Source of the DNA: an uncultured bacterium
GTDB taxonomy: Bacteria > Armatimonadota > Abditibacteriia > Abditibacteriales > Abditibacteriaceae
Assembly: GCA_963843795.1 (NCBI GenBank)
Contig: CAWJLW010000010.1
Location: 1-64,000 of the forward strand
Direction: 5' to 3'
Length of the DNA: 64,000 nucleotides
Part shown: piece after piece, positions 59,412 through 64,000 of the stretch
How positions within the stretch are numbered: position 1 is the first letter of the stretch
Layout of the letters: each line of letters begins with the position of its first letter
Translations under genes and position numbers: made by a program
Notes under the pieces: model-generated
What the model saw: only the letters and a program-made list of their open reading frames with translations
What the model was told of the DNA's origin: nothing
Database searches by the model: none

Positions 59412-61629
59412 ATGAAATTCACTCTGCTCCTTGTTGCCTTTATTTTGTGCTGCTCAGCGACGCAGGCCGCCGACATTCAACTTTCGTCGCCTACTGCGAC
59501 ATTAAATTTGGTACGCGCTCCCAATCATCAATTGTTCGTGCGTCTACAAACTGGCGCGACGCGTTTCGAGCAAAGCGCGCCTCTGGCGATTGAAGTTGTC
59601 GAGAAAAGCGCCGCGACAAGATGGCTTTACGGCGCTTACAATCAAGTTAAAACGAAAACAGGTGTTCTGGATTGCCGTGGCGAATTGCGCTCAATCAACG
59701 GCACGCGTTTTATTTTCCGCGATCTTTACACGCGCGCTGGCGATGGATTCCAATTGCAGCGCCGAGTAGAAATTGCGACACCGAATACGCAAGATGTTGG
59801 CTTCTCCTCGCGCTTTAGTCTCGCGTGGACGACACCAAAAACGGCGCACGATTGCGATGTTTTGATGCCGGGCGCTTGGTATCGCCAAAACCAGAACGTG
59901 CCGCCGCATGCGTTCGCGGCCAATAGCGATGCGCAAAGTTTGCTGCTGCGTGGTGACCGCTTGGGTTTGCCGCTGGTAATGGCGCGCGATACCCAGAGCG
60001 GAATCACACTGGAATTGGAGCGCGTCGGGGGCATTCCAACAACCATCGCACAGGATGCGGGAAATCAACGTTTGATTGATGCCCGCATCCAAATCGGTGC
60101 GCTGGGTTTGCTCAATGTGGGCAATCTGCAAGTCGCGTTTTCGTTTCCCGGCACCGAAGATGAACGCGCGGTTTTGGGCGCAGATACGCCTCCGCCTCGA
60201 CGTTTTGCGCCGCGCTCGCATCCGGTTGAAATCGGCATCGCCCATAATTATACGCTGTATTTTGAAGCGCGCCCCACAGCTAGTTTCGCGGCTGCAGTAG
60301 AACAAACTACCAAAACGGCCCTTGCGCGCGCGCGTCCGCCCCTACTTCGCGCCGATTTGCAGCAGGTTTATCGCGCTGAAATGGATTTGCTGGACGCGGT
60401 GATTCGACCTTACAATGGAACGGTCAGCGTGCCCTTTCAAGTCGTGGTGCCGACGGGAGAAATCAAAGACACCTCGATGCAAATGGGCTTCGTCGGCATG
60501 GCACTGCCATGCGCAGCCCTTTTGCTGCGCGATGGATTCCTGACAAAAAATCAAAGCGCTATCGAACGTGCGATGAGAGTCGTTGACTTTTGGGTGCAAC
60601 AAGCCCCAACCGCTTCCGGAGTACCTGAAAAATTGGGCCGATTTTCCGGCGCCCGGCCAAGTAACATTTCGCAATTATCCGACGCATTTGCGCGTGGTTT
60701 CCGATGGCATGCAGGGCGCGTTGCAAGCGTGGGAAACCGCGCGGCGCCATAGTCTCGACAAGCCACGATGGTTGCAGTTCGCCCGCAATTTTGGCGATTT
60801 TCTCGTCGCGCACCAAAACGCCGATGGCTCGTGGTTTGGCTCGTGGAATTTCGATGGCACGCCTCAGCAAAAATTTACCAACGCCAGCGCGCATCCGATT
60901 GCGTTTTTGGTCGATTTATCGAAAGCGACCGGTGATACGAAGTATCAAAACGCTGCTCTGCGCGCCGGTGAATTTTGCTTGCGCACTATCAACGACGCGT
61001 ATTCATATGTTGGAGGCACGCCGGATAATCCCAACGTCACCGATAAAGAAGCGGGCGTGATGGCCGTTAGCGCCTTTTTGGCTTTGTATGATGCCAGCGG
61101 CGACCGCAAGTACTTGCAGGCGGCAAAGCAGGCGGCGATTTTCTGTGAGACGTGGGTTTACTGGCGCCATTTACCAATTCCGACTGGCACCGAGAAACAG
61201 GTTTTTCCTGCGGGTCGTAATACGACTGGCATCAGTTTGATTTCGACCGGCCATTCGGGCGCCGACAATTTCATGGCCATCGCGCCTTTCTGGTGGTATC
61301 GCATTTACCTCGCCAGCGGCGACAGACACTTTCTCGCAACCGCGCGTTTGCTGTTGCACGACACCAAACAAGTGATCGATTGGGACGGGAAATTAAATTA
61401 CAAGTATCGCGGCCTGATGCCCGAAGCGATGGGCCTGGCAACTCATCGCGGACAAGGCGTTGCCGGTTGGCTGCCGTGGCTTTCCTTTGTTGCTTGTGAG
61501 CCTTTAGTGCAATTGCAAGAAACTTTTGGTGCAATGGAAATTGAGCAAATCGAGCGCTTGCCGCTGCAAACGCGACACTCATTAAATGTGAAGTTTGGGC
61601 AAACGCGCGGGTTTGCCCAGGCAAAATAA
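59412..61629 (+). CDS. Secreted protein with a C-terminal (alpha/alpha)-barrel glycosidase-like domain; one frameshift near 60629
   Basis: Signal peptide; ORFs 59412..60752 and 60583..61629 join at SGVP/KNWADF; helical hairpin repeats ATGDTKYQNAA, ASGDRKYLQAA, ASGDRHFLATA. Confidence 0.7.
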
Positions 61630-61845
61630 AACCCGAACTTCTGCGCTCGCACTGCAAGTACTTGCAGTGTAGTAAACGCGAAATTTGAGAGCGCGGCGCA
61701 TTCGGTGCTCATCGTTTTACAATTCTAAAAAACCAGTTTTGCAGATTTTCGCACTAAAAACGTTCTTAAAATTACTAAACAGCAGAGCTAGAGAGACTCA
61801 TGATTATCATTTCAGTACCACAACAAAAAAATTATTTAAAAATGA

Positions 61846-61872
61846 TTGACATGAAAATTTTTTGGGTATAAG
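61846..61872 (+). promoter_or_regulatory. Candidate sigma70-type promoter upstream of the DUF1559 gene
   Basis: TTGACA (61846) and TATAAG (61867) with an AT-rich UP-like region; the spacer is only 15 bp but spans homopolymers. Confidence 0.4.
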
Positions 61873-62124
61873 AAGTAGGGTAGACGCGGAACAAAAATCA
61901 GTCACACGAAATCTCGCTGGGCGATACGTTACAAAAGCAGCTTGAATAATAAGAGTTGCGCCCCAATACACCCTACGATGACTCGATGTTTACTTGTGTG
62001 TAACGTGCTGGCAATAATCTAATCTATATACTTAATCTTGCTGTTAAATCGAGATAAATTAAATCAATTATTGCACAGTCATTTTCGGTTCACTGCAAAA
62101 AGGTTTTTAAAGGAGTGCTACGTC

Positions 62125-63026
62125 ATGTTTCTAAACAGAGAAGTCGAACTTTCACCCGCTGAAGCTAACACTTCATTACCACGCCAGACCATTCAGTTCA
62201 AAAAAGGTTTTACCTTGATCGAGCTTTTGGTCGTCATCGCCATAATTGCGATATTGGCGTCGATTTTGTTTCCGGTTTTTGCACGCGCGCGCGAAAATGC
62301 GCGGCGCACAACGTGTTTAAGCAACTTGAAGCAACTTGGTTTGGGAATGATGCAGTACACACAGGATTATGATGAAAAGTTTCCGCAGCCTCATAGTACT
62401 TCTGGGAGTTACGGTAACTTCCAATATTTCCGTCCCTTTCCACCTAACGCAGTTAGCGGCACATTGAACCCGGCATATGACACGACGTGGGCTGCGGTAT
62501 TGCTACCTTATACCAAAAGTCCGCAGATTATGAGTTGTCCTTCGCAGCAGTCGCTCGATTGGTATACCAACACTTCTACTTTCGCAATTAAGATGCCGGT
62601 AAGCTATACCTACAATCGATTGCTGGCATGGCATAAAATGTCTGTAATGGCGCAACCCACGACTTTGGTAATGATGCACGAGGCTTTCGGCCAGCAAGCA
62701 TGGACGAGCGCGGTAACTTCGTATCCTCATATGAATGGTGGGACTGATGATTCCGTATATGGCCCAACAAAGCCTTACAGCTATAATCAGTCTGGAGGCT
62801 GCGTTTGGTATACGGGTTTTTCAGGGGAACCGGAGTGGTCGTTTACCAAAATTCATAAAGCACTAGCAGCTTTTTATATGCTGATGGTCATGTAAAAGCG
62901 ATTAATCCGTTTGGTGGATTTCCCCATCCGTACGCCAGAGCTACACCAGATGGAGGAGTTGCTTCGCGTTGGGTATACGCTGATGGCTGTACTGCTCTGT
63001 GGGTTCCCGAGGCTGATCCTTCCTAA
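62125..63026 (+). CDS. Prepilin-type N-terminal cleavage/methylation DUF1559 protein with H-X9-DG motif; one frameshift near 62860
   Basis: [56 protein letters not shown]. Adding one base at CATAAAGCACT restores [16 protein letters not shown] and an ORF ending at TAA 63026. Confidence 0.9.
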
Positions 63027-63108
63027 AGAAGACAATAAAAGTTCTGGTTTGGAATTCTTGTAAAAGAGTTCTAAATCAAGATGTAATCAAAATCAAGAGA
63101 GGATTTTT

Positions 63109-63303
63109 ATGCATATCAAAGTTTGGAAGCGCTTGTTTCAACTTTCAATTGCCACGATCGCAGCAATTTTAGTGACAGGTTGTTCAAGTTCTCAGGAAGC
63201 TCCAGTCAATGCTGAGACTTCTGCTGGCAATTCAAATAATGTCAGCTTGCAACAGGAGAAGGGCGCAGCACCTGATCCAAAGATGCGCGAACTCAAAGAT
63301 TAA
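63109..63303 (+). CDS. Small lipoprotein downstream of the DUF1559 gene
   Basis: GAGAGGA RBS, hydrophobic stretch, VTGC lipobox. Confidence 0.7.
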   Translation: MHIKVWKRLFQLSIATIAAILVTGCSSSQEAPVNAETSAGNSNNVSLQQEKGAAPDPKMRELKD

Positions 63304-63420
63304 TTACGCAGTGTTCTTAAGAGACTTGCACATAATACGAAATACCCGGCTTGGATTGAAGTCGGGTGTTGTAGTGTGTCACGATTCACAATTTCGTTAA
63401 CTCACACTCACGTCAAAAAT

Positions 63421-63460
63421 CCAATAAGCCTCCTGCAAGTACTTGCAGGAGGCTTATTGG
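63421..63460. terminator. 40-bp perfect palindrome centred on the iterated motif between convergent genes
   Basis: CCAATAAGCCTCCTGCAAGTACTTGCAGGAGGCTTATTGG flanked by AAAAT and TTTT. Confidence 0.85.
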
Positions 63461-63474
63461 TTTTCATCTACAAT

Positions 63475-64000
63475 TTAAACGCCGCTCAGAGCGACGCCGT
63501 TGGTTTCATAGCCGTTGGGATTGTAGCCGGGCAAAGCGGTGTGGGCATTGGCAGCGTTAGCAGCCAGCACGTCCTCGACTTCGCTCACCGAAATGTTGCC
63601 GTTATCGGGCTTGGTAATATCGGGAGTGAAAGCGGTGACTTCATGCGCCATGCGTGTGGGCAACATCGTCGTGCCATTGTCGTATTCCAGTCCGCGACGC
63701 AGCACACAGGTTTCGATTTCCTGAAGGCCGAAAGCCTCACTGAGATATTTGCAGGTCAGAACGGGATCGAATTCCTTGCAGGAAAATACGTCGATAGCGA
63801 CTTCGCCACGTTCGGGAAAAGTGTGAACCGAAATGTGCGATTCGGCGATCATCACAAAACCGCTGATGCCCCAATCTTCGGGCGAAACGCCGACGTAGCG
63901 GGTGACCATCGGCGGCATAATTTTCGTCATGTTGATGCGGCCCGGCAAGGTGTCGAGCAGATCATATAAAGCGGGCAAATCTTGCAACTTGTGCCAGTCG
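63475..64000 (-). CDS. speD: S-adenosylmethionine decarboxylase proenzyme (5' end outside the window)
   Basis: GISGFVMIAESHISVHTFPERG..IDVFSC (ES self-cleavage site). Confidence 0.88.
   Translation of the reverse strand, partial: DWHKLQDLPALYDLLDTLPGRINMTKIMPPMVTRYVGVSPEDWGISGFVMIAESHISVHTFPERGEVAIDVFSCKEFDPVLTCKYLSEAFGLQEIETCVLRRGLEYDNGTTMLPTRMAHEVTAFTPDITKPDNGNISVSEVEDVLAANAANAHTALPGYNPNGYETNGVALSGV

Larger units (their letters stand above)
1695..63446. repeat. Dispersed highly iterated palindrome GCAAGTACTTGC (39 exact copies counted by eye)
   Basis: Exact 12-mer starts at 1695, 1736, 12947, 15327, 16273, 20049, 23450, 24283, 25165, 27317, 27434, 27979, 28245, 28893, 30797, 30884, 31927, 33168, 35301, 37251, 37315, 38273, 40354, 40890, 42024, 44278, 45845, 48360, 49030, 50316, 54429, 55660, 56732, 58378, 59119, 59370, 61106, 61654, 63435. 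Variants at about 7428, 7757, 8785, 17252, 18406, 21618, 24007, 44239, 49091, 52389, 53062. Confidence 0.97.

Noticed and set aside
46884..62895. Programmed ribosomal frameshifting in the split genes
   Set aside because: No consistent slippery heptamer plus stimulatory structure was seen, and the many scattered indels are better explained by assembly error.
1695..63446. GCAAGTACTTGC copies as a CRISPR array
   Set aside because: Copies are dispersed at irregular, mostly kb-scale distances, are only 12-16 bp and occur inside genes; no cas genes are in the window.
1695..63446. Motif as parS or as the operator of the local LacI/Rrf2 regulators
   Set aside because: It does not match the parS consensus (TGTTTCACGTGAAACA). 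Its density and its presence in terminators and unrelated CDS are far beyond a specific regulon.
16258..63460. Long palindromes as MITEs or protelomerase target sites
   Set aside because: Arms differ between sites, no target-site duplications were seen, no transposase or telomere resolvase gene is in the window, and such sites would not be expected every few kb.
63738..63756. CKYL peptide in SpeD as another motif copy
   Set aside because: It is encoded by TGCAAATATCTC, not the palindrome, so the peptide alone does not imply the motif.
1..64000. rRNA, tRNA, riboswitch, prophage or defence-system genes
   Set aside because: None recognisable by eye. Intergenic gaps are mostly short; an Rfam/Infernal scan of 7540-7950 and 61630-62120 would be needed to exclude small RNAs.

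Overview
A 64 kb, gene-dense bacterial chromosomal segment, probably from an Armatimonadota/Abditibacteriota-like organism. That placement is an inference from the prepilin-type DUF1559/H-X9-DG protein with the '[31 protein letters not shown]' signature and the many secreted CAZymes. The window holds a GH43/GH31/CBM6 hemicellulose cluster, an internally deleted IS3-family remnant, and many secreted glycan-active proteins. It also holds housekeeping genes (miaB, degP-like, clpS, Rrf2-sat, ndh, FKBP, speD), a GAF-GAF histidine kinase/response regulator pair, a Ser/Thr kinase and two gene remnants. About ten single-base frameshifts look like assembly indels. The dominant unexplained signal is a 12-bp perfect palindrome, GCAAGTACTTGC (often extended to CTGCAAGTACTTGCAG). 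I count by eye 39 exact copies plus about 10 near-copies, against about 0.004 expected by chance. It sits in most intergenic gaps and forms the apex of 24-44 bp hairpins with site-specific arms at gene 3' ends. It is also embedded in coding sequence in all three frames (ASTC, QVL, KYL), and it is absent from an 11 kb putative acquired island. This looks like a highly iterated palindrome system, conceptually like cyanobacterial HIP1 or DUS/USS uptake sequences. I do not recognise it as described. No rRNA, tRNA or CRISPR array was seen.
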